Below the pieces are notes generated by a model, which worked only from the letters and a program-made list of their open reading frames with translations, made no database searches and was not told the origin of the DNA. A program made the translations under genes and the position numbers. A DNA stretch of 64,000 nucleotides from Promethearchaeota archaeon Loki_b32 (GTDB lineage Archaea > Asgardarchaeota > Lokiarchaeia > Sigyniarchaeales > SOKP01), in assembly GCA_005223125.1 (NCBI GenBank), contig NJBH01000003.1, forward strand, positions 96,001 through 160,000, in the 5' to 3' direction. Below are positions 8,161 through 17,051 of this stretch, piece by piece. Each line of letters begins with the position of its first letter. Positions within the stretch are counted from its first letter, which is position 1.

Positions 8161-11103
8161 TTAAAAAAGTGTTTTTTGAACACTTGGTTCTGCTTCTTCT
8201 TTCTTTTTATACTCTTTTAAAGTAATTTCTTCATATTCAATACCTAAAGCATCAAACAACTGCTCTAATGCTGATTTCAATAAATTTCTATATTTTTTAA
8301 CATTTAAATCTCTAAAACTAGCCAGATCAAAATCTTTAGCTCCAATACTGTCATTGCTTTTGATAAATTTAATATCATCACCTTTTTGATATTCCTTCCC
8401 TGTTATTTTTTTTAGTTCGTTAGCAGCTCTGACATGTTGCGGTATTGTTTTCTCATAAGATTTAAGAGATTTTTGTAATGTTATATAAATTGCATAGTCT
8501 TCTAAAGGAAATTCATCTTCCTTACCTATTTTTTTTCTATTAGCCTTTATAATTTCGATTATAGATTTTCGGGCTTTTAAAAAATCATCATCTGATTTTA
8601 CATTTTTTAATATATCAATTACTTGTCGAAATACTTTCTTAATAAATTCAGGTGTATTTTTTTTTTTAGCTAAGACTCCTTTCATATCAATGTATTTAGT
8701 ATTTTTATAGATACCAACATAATTTTTCTTTCTTTTAGATAATGCTAGAAATTGATAAGTTTTTTCCTCCTCCAAATCAAGATCTAGTTCATTTTTACTC
8801 CATTCAGATAATTGTCTCATTTGATCTTTTGTTGGATTTCTAAGAAAGACAGAATCTGTATCACCATATAATACTTCTATTCCTAATTCTTCTGATTTTT
8901 TAATTGTCTGTTTAATGGAATATTGTCCTATTGAAGTTGTACTTTCAGCCACCGGAAGGCAAAAAAGAGGAAAATTCTTAGATCCAAAAACACCATATGA
9001 ACCATTAATAAAAACTTTAAGAGCTTGTTGAATCGTTTGATAATAACTTCTTTGTTTTTCTGTTAAATTTTTATCACCAGATTTAGGTTTAAAATATTTT
9101 ACTCTTATATCTCGGAAAAAGCCTACGACATATGCAAAGATTCCCATTTTTTGAGTACATATATAGTAGGGGGTTCCTTTTACAAGATTATCTTCATCAT
9201 CCTTATGTGGACACAAAACTGTTTCATATGATAAATTATATTCCTTGATAATGGAAGGATATAGGCTAGCAAAATCCATAACAACGACATCGAAATGAAT
9301 ACCAGGAACAGGTGGAACAACATATGCCCCAGCAAATGTTTTTCCTTCGATAACAGCTTTTGAATATCCTCCTGTTTTTAATTCTGCAATTTCAGATCTA
9401 CGAGGTATAAGATATTTGTTTCTCCTGTGTTCAAAATAAAAAATATTCTGAATCCATGTAGATATTTGGCGCCTTACAGTTTCATGAATAGGCATTTTAG
9501 TAATTCGGCATAATAATAAAATTAAATTCCATACTAATGAATTATTAAATTTAGTTAATTCTAATGTAAGTATTGAATCTTTTAGATTATACCATGTAAG
9601 TATATCATATTCCATTTCGTGTATTTCTTCTTCATGTTCATATTTTTTTTCTCCCAATAGCGCTTCACTTATTGCGTTTAATGAACTGCTTTCATATGCT
9701 CCACCAAATGCATATCCAGAAATACTTCTATTAAAGAAGAAATTAAAGAGATCAATATGGATTCCTTTTCTTAGATCACAGTCAGATCTTGATAGAAAAC
9801 CAAAGCCTCTCTTAACATGGATGGGATTTAAATCTTTATTTATTTTTAACTTATTTGCTCTATGAAACATATAATTTAAGTCAAAATTATCACCATTGAA
9901 TGTGATAATTACAGGATATTCCCATAAAAGACGAAAGGATTCTGTCAATAATTCCTTTTCGCTTTTAAAGAATATAACTTCTGCATCAGATGGAAATTTT
10001 TTATGAAGTCCACGAAAAGCAAATCCTTCTCGTTCTAGTACATAAACTAATTTTAGTCCATCCGAAGCCACAAATGATATACTGATAATTGCTTGTTTTG
10101 CCTGACGAGGATCTGGAATAACAAAATCTTCTGATCCTATACTTACTTCGATATCCATAGCTAACCGTTTCACATCTGGAATCGGAGTGAGAAATATATC
10201 TAAAAACTTTTCCGAAAATTCTTGGATTTCTGGAGATTCATTTTTAAATAGAGCGCGCAATTCTTTTGCCATTCTCTTTGATTCTTCTGAAACCTCTTCA
10301 AAACTTAACTTTTTGATTTGACCACCCTGAATACTATAAATTAATCCAGGAATTAGTTGTCTATCGAAAATATAGTTTAAGTGATATCTAATGTCTGCTT
10401 CCCAAGCTTTTTTATTATTTTTACTTAAAATATTTCTGATATTTGTACCAGAACCTCCAATATCCGAAGGAGTTTTACCATATATTTTTGTCATCGATAT
10501 TTTTTTATCTTTTAGTAGATCTATTTTCTCTATTTCTTCAAATCTAGTAAAACCTTCATATTCTGTTAATTCTATCATATTTTGTAAATCTGTTAGCGTT
10601 TCCTTACTTAAACAATAAGGTTCATGGTCGGTTGTATCAATCCAAATCTTTATATCATCGGTTTCCAAATCATAAAATTTACAGTATGCTTTATTTTGTC
10701 CACCATCATAGTTAACATCAAGCAATATTCCTCGTTCCATATCTTCAACGATTTCTCCTTTTTCAATAAGGTATCGAATATATGTTGAAGAAACATTTTC
10801 TCGTAAAACCTTGGTTAATCTGATATTTCCTTCTTTTAAGCCAAAAAGTTCATTATTTCCTTTAAAAAATAAATTTGAAGGTATTTCTTTTGTAATTTTC
10901 TCTGCTTTTGGAGTTGGTTCTTTAGTTTTCTCTTCTTTTATAATTTTTGGCTTAGCTTTAGGTTTTTCTTCTTTATATTTTTCAGTCTTTACTACTTTTG
11001 GTGTTTCTGGGGATTTTACTTTTTTCTGCTCTTTATCGCTAACAAAGGAAAAAAGCGAGGTTTGTTCCTTATCATTTAGTTTTTTCTTTTTTGGAGGTGG
11101 CAT
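8161..11103 (-). CDS. polB1: Family B DNA polymerase, PolB1 type
   Basis: Exonuclease motifs AMDIEV, FNGDNFD and YNLKD; polymerase motifs DFASLYPSII, KVFINGSYG, YGDTDS and KKNY; N-terminal PIP-like QTSLFSF. Confidence 0.93.
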   Translation of the reverse strand: MPPPKKKKLNDKEQTSLFSFVSDKEQKKVKSPETPKVVKTEKYKEEKPKAKPKIIKEEKTKEPTPKAEKITKEIPSNLFFKGNNELFGLKEGNIRLTKVLRENVSSTYIRYLIEKGEIVEDMERGILLDVNYDGGQNKAYCKFYDLETDDIKIWIDTTDHEPYCLSKETLTDLQNMIELTEYEGFTRFEEIEKIDLLKDKKISMTKIYGKTPSDIGGSGTNIRNILSKNNKKAWEADIRYHLNYIFDRQLIPGLIYSIQGGQIKKLSFEEVSEESKRMAKELRALFKNESPEIQEFSEKFLDIFLTPIPDVKRLAMDIEVSIGSEDFVIPDPRQAKQAIISISFVASDGLKLVYVLEREGFAFRGLHKKFPSDAEVIFFKSEKELLTESFRLLWEYPVIITFNGDNFDLNYMFHRANKLKINKDLNPIHVKRGFGFLSRSDCDLRKGIHIDLFNFFFNRSISGYAFGGAYESSSLNAISEALLGEKKYEHEEEIHEMEYDILTWYNLKDSILTLELTKFNNSLVWNLILLLCRITKMPIHETVRRQISTWIQNIFYFEHRRNKYLIPRRSEIAELKTGGYSKAVIEGKTFAGAYVVPPVPGIHFDVVVMDFASLYPSIIKEYNLSYETVLCPHKDDEDNLVKGTPYYICTQKMGIFAYVVGFFRDIRVKYFKPKSGDKNLTEKQRSYYQTIQQALKVFINGSYGVFGSKNFPLFCLPVAESTTSIGQYSIKQTIKKSEELGIEVLYGDTDSVFLRNPTKDQMRQLSEWSKNELDLDLEEEKTYQFLALSKRKKNYVGIYKNTKYIDMKGVLAKKKNTPEFIKKVFRQVIDILKNVKSDDDFLKARKSIIEIIKANRKKIGKEDEFPLEDYAIYITLQKSLKSYEKTIPQHVRAANELKKITGKEYQKGDDIKFIKSNDSIGAKDFDLASFRDLNVKKYRNLLKSALEQLFDALGIEYEEITLKEYKKKEEAEPSVQKTLF

Positions 11104-11264
11104 AAATTTCAGTTAAAAATAATATTTTAGGTCTAATAATGTATATTATAATATTTTTTATAATACCCACTATTCCTTCTTTAATATTTCATTTACTACT
11201 CCAAAGTGAAGTATTTATGCAAAGAAAAGAGATTAAGCTAATTATTTTATATGAGAATGTGGTA

Positions 11265-11612
11265 TCAGCTGTTATTTTCGATTATTTTTTTTATTTCTTC
11301 CAAAAGGAGTTGCTTCTCAGCGATATACCATTCTATTTGGCTTCGGGAGGGATTTTCATGATAAATAATCTCAGCAACCTTCCTAATTTCATCTTCGGAA
11401 GGATGAATCAATTGTCCATTAACATCATCTCTTATTAAAAGGATTAAGTTATCTGTTTCTAATGGTTTGATATCATATCCATCTTTGGCGTTATTATTAA
11501 TCGTAACGCAAAGTTCGGCAAGTCTCCAAACAGACTTCTCTACGCCTTTATTCTCTTTATAAATCTTGAATGCCAATTTAGTTACATCTTCTTTTGTAAA
11601 CATTTTACTCAA
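11265..11612 (-). CDS. Small protein with two DUF2934-like repeats
   Basis: EDVTKLAFKIY...WRLAE and DEIRKVAEIIY...WYIAEKQL are internally homologous. Confidence 0.6.
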   Translation of the reverse strand: MSKMFTKEDVTKLAFKIYKENKGVEKSVWRLAELCVTINNNAKDGYDIKPLETDNLILLIRDDVNGQLIHPSEDEIRKVAEIIYHENPSRSQIEWYIAEKQLLLEEIKKIIENNS

Positions 11613-11769
11613 TTAGAAGTCTAATTTAAATTAAAATTAATAATAAGGTAATTGATTAACAAAAAGAAAAGTACACTTTTAACTATTTGTGTTGATTTTT
11701 TAACGCGTCTAAAACCACAAAATTAAAAATTTATACTAGTTTCATATAAAATAGTTATTATAATAAAAT

Positions 11770-11874
11770 GCCTCCGTGGCTTAAAAATAATGATTAGCGC
11801 TTTATTTGGCAAAGCGGTATAGCGGCAGACTTGTAATCTGCAGGTCGTGGGTTCAAGTCCCACCGGGGGCTCCA
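11770..11874 (+). tRNA. trnT: tRNA-Thr(UGU) with a 30-nt D-loop intron (about 11784..11813) and encoded CCA
   Basis: Acceptor GCCTCCG/CGGGGGC, anticodon arm GCAGA-CT-TGT-AA-TCTGC, T arm GTGGG-TTCAAGT-CCCAC, end TCCA. Removing the insert gives D arm GCTTAGCGGTATAGC. Confidence 0.92.
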
Positions 11875-11886
11875 TTATTATTTATC

Positions 11887-13005
11887 TTAAAGTTCTTTTT
11901 CCAAATTTTGATTACTTAGATAGTGATAAATCAATTCAGCTGCTTGCTCAATACCATCTAAGGTGCTGATCTCAGGAACATTGTGAGCAAACATAGTAGG
12001 TATCCCTACCAAGGCTGATGGGATTCCAAGCCATTTTTGGGTTTTTCCTGCATCAGAACCATAAAATTCTAATACACCATCTTGGTATTTTATATTATTT
12101 TGTTCTGCTACTTCAACTAAGGTTTTACATAAATTATAATCTAAAACACCACTACCACTTAGTTCTTGCCATATAATTACTGGTCCATCATTTAATTTAA
12201 TATCAGTACTTACCGTTCCTGGAAAATTCTCGACTAATCCTATATCAACTGCTATGATTTCATCAATGGGATTACTTCTAGCAAAAAATAACGATCCTTC
12301 TGTTCCTATCTCCTCTCTTGAAGTTGCAACAATGTACAAGTCATATGGGATTTTTAAATTTCCTGATTCATCTAATAGATTATTCACAATTTTATCTGAC
12401 AATAAAATTAAGGCAGTTAAGGCGACTAAGTTATCCATTGAATATCCTTCAATAATGTTATCATTAAACTTCTCATTTAAAAGTTCAAAATCTCCAGAGA
12501 ATACAAAGGGCGCGCCAATATGAATCTTATATTTGTTAATTACTTCTTCTTTATCTTGAGCCCCAATAAATATCTCCATTTCATATAATTCAAATTTCTC
12601 TTCTCCTCTTAATTTTGGGGGAGTCGCGTGAGGGGATCTTCCTCCAATAACACCATTTATCCATTTTCCTTCCTTATTTAATACAGATATTTTTCGTGAG
12701 ACAAGCCATCTACCTTCATACCCACCTCTTTTTGAGAACTCTAATGTTCCACTTTTTTTAATTTTTCTAATAGTTCCACCAATTTCATCTAAATGTGCAA
12801 GAATAGCAATAGCTTTTTTACTAGATTTTCCTTTAAATTTAACATAATAATTACTCAGAGAATCTGTGTTAACTTTGATGTTCTTATCAGTAAGAATTTT
12901 CTCTAATTCCGTTTTAAATAGTTCACCGCGAGCTCTTTCTAATCCTGAAGGTGCTCTTGCTGATGAAAATGTTTTAATTATCCTAAAGATCTCCTTTTTA
13001 TCCAA
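11887..13005 (-). CDS. M42 family (TET/FrvX-like) aminopeptidase
   Basis: AHLDEIG, MDN, REEIG, VDIG and C-terminal HNVPE metal-ligand motifs. Confidence 0.88.
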   Translation of the reverse strand: MDKKEIFRIIKTFSSARAPSGLERARGELFKTELEKILTDKNIKVNTDSLSNYYVKFKGKSSKKAIAILAHLDEIGGTIRKIKKSGTLEFSKRGGYEGRWLVSRKISVLNKEGKWINGVIGGRSPHATPPKLRGEEKFELYEMEIFIGAQDKEEVINKYKIHIGAPFVFSGDFELLNEKFNDNIIEGYSMDNLVALTALILLSDKIVNNLLDESGNLKIPYDLYIVATSREEIGTEGSLFFARSNPIDEIIAVDIGLVENFPGTVSTDIKLNDGPVIIWQELSGSGVLDYNLCKTLVEVAEQNNIKYQDGVLEFYGSDAGKTQKWLGIPSALVGIPTMFAHNVPEISTLDGIEQAAELIYHYLSNQNLEKEL

Positions 13006-13269
13006 AATTTATCACTCTATATACTTAAATTAATGAACTTACTAACTTCAATAATATTACAAACTTGATTAAATATTTGAATCTTGCTCAATAGGATCAC
13101 TAAAATTGGCATGTTCAGAAGAATTCGGTATCAAAGATTTAAAATAATTTATAATTTTGAGTATCCTATGTAAATATAAGACAAAAGTTATAGAAAAAAA
13201 GTTTGAATTTGCAACTATTATGAGGAGATACTGAAACAGATTTAGAATTAAAAAGGATAATAGAAAAAA

Positions 13270-14412
13270 ATGAAAGAATTTACCTTAAGAAGAAAAAACT
13301 CTAAAAAAGAAATAATCGAATTAATGAAACAAAAAGAATTAAGCAATCAATTAGAAGGAGTTGGTAAACTAATTGAAGAAGAACGATATACTGAAGCGAA
13401 AGATAAATTAGAGGTTATCATTAGGGAAGCTAAACGAAATAATTTAAATATAATTCTTAACATTGCTCAAGATTATTACAAATTTTGCAAAAATCCCATT
13501 AAAGGAAAGTTCAAAAGGAAAGAGATTCAATCAGAGTTGGAACTTCCCAAAATTAGTAAAAAAGCAAGATTTAATCATGAGAAAACCCCCAAAATACCAG
13601 AAATTAAAATACAAGTTGACTTATCAGGAAAAGAACTAGAACAACATAAAATTCAAGATGGATTGTTATACCTTTATATAAAGCTAGGCAAGAATGATGC
13701 AATCATCAAATTAATCTTGGAAAGTTTACGAAAGAGTAAAAACATAGTTTCATTAGCAGAAGATCAGTCATTAAAAGTATTGATTAAGTATTTCAAAAAT
13801 CCTTTAAATGTAAAGAACTCTCCCTTACTTGGGCAATTCATAACTCTAATCAATAAAATAAAAAAAATAGAGAGAGCTCCGCAAGTAATACTTCATGTAG
13901 CAAGAAGAGAAATACCGGTAAACTCATTTAAATTCTTGAAGAAACAATTCAACTCTACTTTCCAATTATTCAGGTATATTTTAAAGGGGTATTTCTCTCA
14001 AAACGAGCAAGACCTTCTACAACGAATCGTTACTTACATGGAGCTTGTTCTTGATTATTGGGAATATGAATTATGGGGTGTTGATGAATATTTGAGTGAA
14101 TCTGTTTTTAAGGGAGGGGTATATCCTGACACTAACGTAAAGCAGTACGTGGAAGATGCGTTGAATGATGCGTATTGTGATATTAAAATCGCACCCCATG
14201 CGCTTGAAGGTCCTTATAGTGGTGAATTCAAATTCAGTATAAATTTTGATAAAATCATCGCTGATGGAATGCTTTATGTTAAATTATTTAAAGATTTCAT
14301 GAGAGGGAGTTTCACTGAAGAAACTAACACTCTAATAATGGGAGAAATAAGAAAATACGATGCACGACATCATCCTATCAAATCACAACAATGGTACTCA
14401 AAAAATTTGTAG
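13270..14412 (+). CDS. Hypothetical protein
   Basis: 380-aa ORF; no motif recognised. Confidence 0.75.
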   Translation: MKEFTLRRKNSKKEIIELMKQKELSNQLEGVGKLIEEERYTEAKDKLEVIIREAKRNNLNIILNIAQDYYKFCKNPIKGKFKRKEIQSELELPKISKKARFNHEKTPKIPEIKIQVDLSGKELEQHKIQDGLLYLYIKLGKNDAIIKLILESLRKSKNIVSLAEDQSLKVLIKYFKNPLNVKNSPLLGQFITLINKIKKIERAPQVILHVARREIPVNSFKFLKKQFNSTFQLFRYILKGYFSQNEQDLLQRIVTYMELVLDYWEYELWGVDEYLSESVFKGGVYPDTNVKQYVEDALNDAYCDIKIAPHALEGPYSGEFKFSINFDKIIADGMLYVKLFKDFMRGSFTEETNTLIMGEIRKYDARHHPIKSQQWYSKNL

Positions 14413-14448
14413 AAAGTTGTCTAAAACAAGAGCTTAATAATTATAAAA

Positions 14449-14516
14449 ATGAAAGATTTCAAGGTTAACGAGTACATCACCATGAAGTGGAAGGTGGAAA
14501 GACCAACATTTCAATA
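14449..14516 (+). pseudogene. Short gene-start remnant (MKDFKVNEYITMK, frameshift, EGGKTNI)
   Basis: Resembles, from recall, the FKVNxYITLKLExGKTNIY N-terminal motif of many Lokiarchaeal proteins; frameshifted and truncated. Confidence 0.4.
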
Positions 14517-14594
14517 AAATTGGTATTTTATAATATCATTTATTAATTTCGAAGAATATGTAAATATATACTGAATTGTGAGTGGTGACATTTA

Positions 14595-16166
14595 ATAAAT
14601 AAGATCAACAGAGTCATTCTTTGCGTCATCGACGACGTAAGAGCCGAGCACTTTTTTGATTTCATCAACAGGGGGTTACTACCTAATTTAAAAAAATTAA
14701 TGGAAAATGGAATTTATTCAGAAAATTGTATAACTGATTTTCCTCCTATTACTTACCCCACACAAGTATCGTTAATAACAGGAACGTATACTGGGGATAA
14801 TAGGAAGGAGTTATGTCATGGGGTTCCCCTCCTAAATTGGATGGGTCGAGATTGGGCACCACCAATGTTGAGAGAATATGCCGCTAAAGATTTACAAATT
14901 TACAAAATTAATAATGATATGGGAAATAATTGCCAGACAATTCTTGAAATGGTAGGAGACGGGAATACAGCGAGTATAGCACAGTTTATTAATAGAGGTT
15001 CAGACTACATTTTTCCAGAGAGAAAGACAAAACTCGCTATGTTCTATCTTCTCATGAAATACCTCCCGAATGTCAAAAGAAGAATGATTAGAGCTAATTC
15101 AGTTATTGCACAAAAATTAATAGAGGTTTTTGAAAAACCAAGAAAATTTTTTGATAATGCAGAGCCTCCTATTGCTTCTTTACTATGGTTTATCTCATCA
15201 GATTTATTAATGCATAAGTTTGGTTTTGATTCACATATATATAAATTGAATTTACTACACATTGATAAAGTAATAGGAGTTTTAATTGATAACTTAAAAA
15301 GAATGGGCTATTTAGATGATACCGCTATTGTAGTTAGTTCCGATCATGGAAATTATAAAGCCAATGAGTTTGGAAATTTAGGCAACTTTTTTAGGAAAAG
15401 GGGTTTAACTAATTATCATCCTCTAAGGAATTTAAGAGGAAATATGGATCTTGCTTATTACTCAGGAGGAGGTTTTTTTAATTTTAAAGGTAATAATGAT
15501 TTAGGATTTAAAAATAGCTGGCCTCATCCTACTCTTAAAGAACTTAAGAGTTATGGGGCAAAAAATGTAAATCTATTAGAAGACCTATTTTATATCAAGG
15601 GAAGTCGTTCAATGTATTATAGAGACGATAATAATACATTTAATAAAGGGATAATTCATCTTAAAAGAAAAAGTAAAGATTCGGAAAAAATAATTACAGG
15701 AAGGATTGAGTATGAGGGTATTGGAACAGAATATAAAACGCGATATACCACTGATGATCATGATGATATATTCAATTTTATAAATGATATTAAAGCAAGT
15801 CGATTGTTAGATAATAGATTTCATTCAACTCAAGAATGGTTAGAGGGAACATATCATCTAGATTACCCCATACATCCCGATTTAATACCTCGTCATTTCA
15901 AAAATCCTAGAGGCTCTGATATAATTTTAAGCAATGATGAGACGATAAAATTTGGCATCCATCATGGTAAACAGAAAAGTAAAAATCTTTATGATCATGA
16001 TTTAGGCTTGCGGAAATGTATGGCTGTTCCATTAATAATAGGAGGGTCTTTAGAGATTCCTTCTAAACATGTTCCTTGTTGTAAAATTACTGATATTGTT
16101 CCAACCTTATTAAAATTTCTAGGAAAAACACCACATAAGAGTGTAATTGGTAGAATTTTGCTATAA
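14595..16166 (+). CDS. Alkaline phosphatase superfamily nucleotide pyrophosphatase/phosphodiesterase (probable ATA start)
   Basis: FPPITYPTQ, DLLMHKFG, SSDHG and DHD motifs. The conserved N-terminal RVILCVIDDVR lies in frame upstream of the track ATG at 14700. Confidence 0.85.
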   Translation: MNKINRVILCVIDDVRAEHFFDFINRGLLPNLKKLMENGIYSENCITDFPPITYPTQVSLITGTYTGDNRKELCHGVPLLNWMGRDWAPPMLREYAAKDLQIYKINNDMGNNCQTILEMVGDGNTASIAQFINRGSDYIFPERKTKLAMFYLLMKYLPNVKRRMIRANSVIAQKLIEVFEKPRKFFDNAEPPIASLLWFISSDLLMHKFGFDSHIYKLNLLHIDKVIGVLIDNLKRMGYLDDTAIVVSSDHGNYKANEFGNLGNFFRKRGLTNYHPLRNLRGNMDLAYYSGGGFFNFKGNNDLGFKNSWPHPTLKELKSYGAKNVNLLEDLFYIKGSRSMYYRDDNNTFNKGIIHLKRKSKDSEKIITGRIEYEGIGTEYKTRYTTDDHDDIFNFINDIKASRLLDNRFHSTQEWLEGTYHLDYPIHPDLIPRHFKNPRGSDIILSNDETIKFGIHHGKQKSKNLYDHDLGLRKCMAVPLIIGGSLEIPSKHVPCCKITDIVPTLLKFLGKTPHKSVIGRILL

Positions 16167-16190
16167 TTGAGTATTCTAAGATATTTTTTT

Positions 16191-16217
16191 CTATATAGTA
16201 TATATAGTGTATATAGT
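16191..16217. promoter_or_regulatory. Three tandem 9-mers NTATATAGT (CTATATAG core) upstream of the Pit operon
   Basis: ctatatagt-atatatagt-gtatatagt, with a further CTATATAG at 16343-16350. Confidence 0.5.
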
Positions 16218-16362
16218 AAAACTATTCAAGGAGTACGCAAATACATAATTTCAAGTAAAATCATTAATAAAAGATGTTTAAAGGTTAATATAATAATAAC
16301 AAAATTAAATTACTTATAGAAATTTAATAGAAATATAGAAGACTATATAGAACGAAATATTA

Positions 16363-17031
16363 TTGAAAATGAAAGAAATTGAAGATAAGGAACTGAAAAA
16401 GCTCAGTATTGATAATCTAACACATTTATTTATGGATAACATAAATGAGCAGAATCTAAAACTTATAGAAGGGATTGAATTTCTTGTTCAAGAGGATTTT
16501 GATAAATTCAAAAAAAATTTGAATTATGTAATAGAAACTAATACCGAAGTTCAAATAAAGAAAAAATTTGAATCAAAAATATTCAAATCAAAATTAATGT
16601 TCTCCAAAGCAGATAGATTAAAATTATTCAATAAAATTAATGGTATCAAAAATATTGGGGAATTTATAGCAAATAAAATGCTTCTATATAAAGCTGTTTT
16701 CCCTGATGAGCAATTTAAGCATCATATCCTAAGTATACTGGAGTCATTAAAAAATATTTCTAACGATTTATCGAAAGCGGTGAAATTAATTGGATCTGAT
16801 CTTAGTAAAGCTCACGATATTTGTGAAGAAATAAAAGATGAAAGAAGAAAAATGAGAAACGAGGAATGGCAACTATTAAATCGCCTTTATAATTATGATA
16901 TGGATTATATATCTCGAACATTCATATATCTGAAAGAATTAATTGAAGATATAATGATGTTGGCTGATCATATTAAAAATTTCTCTGAGTATATCCAGTT
17001 TCTTGCGACTAAATATCTAATCTTTGATTAA
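16363..17031 (+). CDS. DUF47 / PhoU-like phosphate transport accessory protein (divergent)
   Basis: All-helical two-repeat pattern ending LKELIEDIMMLADHIKN; adjacent to Pit. Confidence 0.7.
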   Translation: MKMKEIEDKELKKLSIDNLTHLFMDNINEQNLKLIEGIEFLVQEDFDKFKKNLNYVIETNTEVQIKKKFESKIFKSKLMFSKADRLKLFNKINGIKNIGEFIANKMLLYKAVFPDEQFKHHILSILESLKNISNDLSKAVKLIGSDLSKAHDICEEIKDERRKMRNEEWQLLNRLYNYDMDYISRTFIYLKELIEDIMMLADHIKNFSEYIQFLATKYLIFD

Positions 17032-17051
17032 AAAAAAAGTCAAGAATTAAT

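Larger units (their letters stand above)
5812..8550 (-). mobile_element. Putative inserted cassette: replacement polB1 3' end plus two genes (upstream boundary is a minimum)
   Basis: Bounded by two divergent copies of the polB1 C-terminal coding region; no integrase or transposase seen. Confidence 0.6.

Noticed and set aside
8161-11103. Casposon, provirus or intein explanation for the two PolB genes
   Set aside because: Both are cellular types (PolB1 and PolB2). There is no Cas1, capsid, terminal inverted repeat or intein-sized insertion.
11830-11874. tRNA-Thr 3' end as an attachment site for an integrated element
   Set aside because: I saw no second copy of the tRNA 3' end and no integrase in the window.
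16191-16217. Short tandem repeats as a CRISPR array
   Set aside because: The units are 9 bp with no spacers, and there are no cas genes in the window.
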